DNA from: Octopus bimaculoides
Lineage: Eukaryota
Direction of reading: 5' to 3'
Length of the DNA: 64,000 nucleotides
NCBI RefSeq assembly: GCF_001194135.2
Contig: NC_068981.1
Coordinates: forward strand, 178,467,308 to 178,531,307
Under the pieces are notes generated by a model, which did not search any database, was not told where the DNA came from, and saw nothing but the letters and a program-made list of their open reading frames with translations. Position numbers and translations under genes: made by a program. Of this stretch, positions 62,319-64,000 are shown piece by piece (the first letter of the stretch is position 1; each line of letters starts with the position of its first letter).

Positions 62319-64000
62319 TGAAGACCGATGTGCTGGTAGTGGAATACTTACTATTATTAATGAGTTGAGAGATACTTCAAGAGTATCATTTCTTATATCA
62401 AAAAGAATTAAATACGCTGTGGAAAGCATGAAGTAAATGTTCATGGTTAAGAAATGATTTGTGAGAATTCTCTAACAGCATTCACAGACGTCTAGGCTTG
62501 CTATTTTCTGGAACGTTCTTATGTTTATCTTTATACGTAAGCTGAACCGGTTAGTTGTACGCCATTTCCACGTTTGTCACGAAAATTAATGTCTGAATTA
62601 TTGTGATGCGAGCTGTGTGGGAACCGGCATATCAAAGAATAGACCCAACCTTTCCTTCGCATGCCGTAAAAGGCGACTAAAAAAGATCGAGGTAGGATTT
62701 GCACTTCGACCTCGTAAAATCCTCGCCGTCAGCGACTATCCAGACAGACCCATGGGTTGGAGGATTGTCGCCTGAGTGATGCAAAGGTGCCACTCGCCAG
62801 GAGTTGGGAATCACCGGCAAATAGTGGATGCAGCGACGCCCTACAACAGCGCATGCCTCCATACCTTACCTGACCTATTGTGATGGACCGTCTGTAACCC
62901 CACAGGGTTTTTGAATTGTGACTTTCTCAGACAAGTGGGGGTTCATATGGGAATTACAGAACGCTTTTTATTTTCAGAGTGCAAGCACTAGCTTAGAGAT
63001 TACTGCGTTCAGCTCATAATTATAACGGCATGAGTTCAATTTCTGGAACGGGCAGTGCGTTGTATCCTTGAGTAAGGCACTTCATTTTACTTGATCTAAT
63101 CTATTGAGTTGAAAATAAGTACCAGCCAGTTGCTGGTGCAAGCCTCCTATGTTCTAGTTGTCACAGAGTCAAGGGCGAGAAGTCCGAGAGGGTGTTTATG
63201 TATGTTCGTGATTACATAGGTACCTAAAATAATTAGTGAAAACACAGTACCTGTTATCAAACCATACTCACTCACGAGTGATGACCAACTATACTTTGCT
63301 TTCAAGAATAGAACTAGATGTCCCAATGTATATAAAGCTGTATTACTACACTGGGTGCCGAAGTATATTTTATGGGAAGTGATGTTGAACAACGCAACTC
63401 AATATGGTACATTGTTTCAGAATTTGTACAACATAAAGCAATATTTTCCGTATTTATTTTAAGAATTATACATATTACGACACCGGGTATTACTACCAGG
63501 TATAACTCTTTCGACTAACACCACCGGTCAACTAGTCATTTTCTCCATTTATTGCTCCATTCATCTAATTGAAGAAATGTACACACACGTGGGACCTTAA
63601 AGGACACAAAAATGTAAGCCTAAAGACTTAACGAAGATTTTTTTCCCTTTTTCTCCTGTCTGTATTCTTCCGATAAACTCTAAATCATTCTGACGATGTT
63701 TGTTATATGGAACGAGATAAATGCAAATTTACTTAAAAAATAACAAACCGAAACAGCTGTAAATATTTTTAACTATAATTAAACTACGACCTTTTAATAC
63801 CAATGATCAACTTCTAATTGTTAATTGTTGCTCCATTTCTTTTCTTATCTGAATATATTAAACCACGGTTTACCATTTAAATTACCAGCTACTGTTAACC
63901 TTATAGCAAGGCCTATACATAGTGAGGTAATACACCAGTAGTGCCTACGGATACGTTGCTTCCTTAAACGGTTGCATAACCTCTAACTCATAATTTATAA

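Noticed and set aside
62648-62695. HDV-like ribozyme (P4 plus CUAA J4/2-like segment)
   Set aside because: No room for P3', P1' and P1.1 between the putative P2 and P4; the double pseudoknot cannot be built
63495-63550. Minus-strand GACUA...UAGUC-GAAA-GAGUUA as a hammerhead
   Set aside because: The upstream CUGANGA box is absent; at most a heavily decayed remnant

Overview
AT-rich, microsatellite- and SINE-laden animal DNA, most likely an octopus/coleoid cephalopod (inferred from the SINE families and repeat style), from a gapped assembly. Bases 329-49790 (+) carry the 3' part of a Sec16 (SEC16A-like) ER-exit-site scaffold gene that the ORF track largely misses. I reconstruct 21 GT-AG exons with consistent phases (2736 nt, 911 aa + stop): central conserved domain, a Q/N-rich insert and C-terminal motifs. 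The gene start lies upstream of the window and the 3' UTR probably runs to about 51.7 kb. Introns hold several tRNA-derived SINE families, mariner (DD34D), maT (DD37D), hAT, piggyBac-type MITEs, a Helitron-type element and an RLE-domain LINE fragment. The last ~12 kb is intergenic, with CR1/L2-like RT fragments and Penelope-type LTR remnants, one of which holds an intact minimal hammerhead ribozyme (minus strand, 61030-61064) alongside several decayed ones. I cannot support a wholly new system. The best leads are the hammerhead series, a cluster of possible alternative Sec16 C-termini (including a hydrophobic read-through tail), and several dsRNA-forming structures that are plausible ADAR or splicing substrates.
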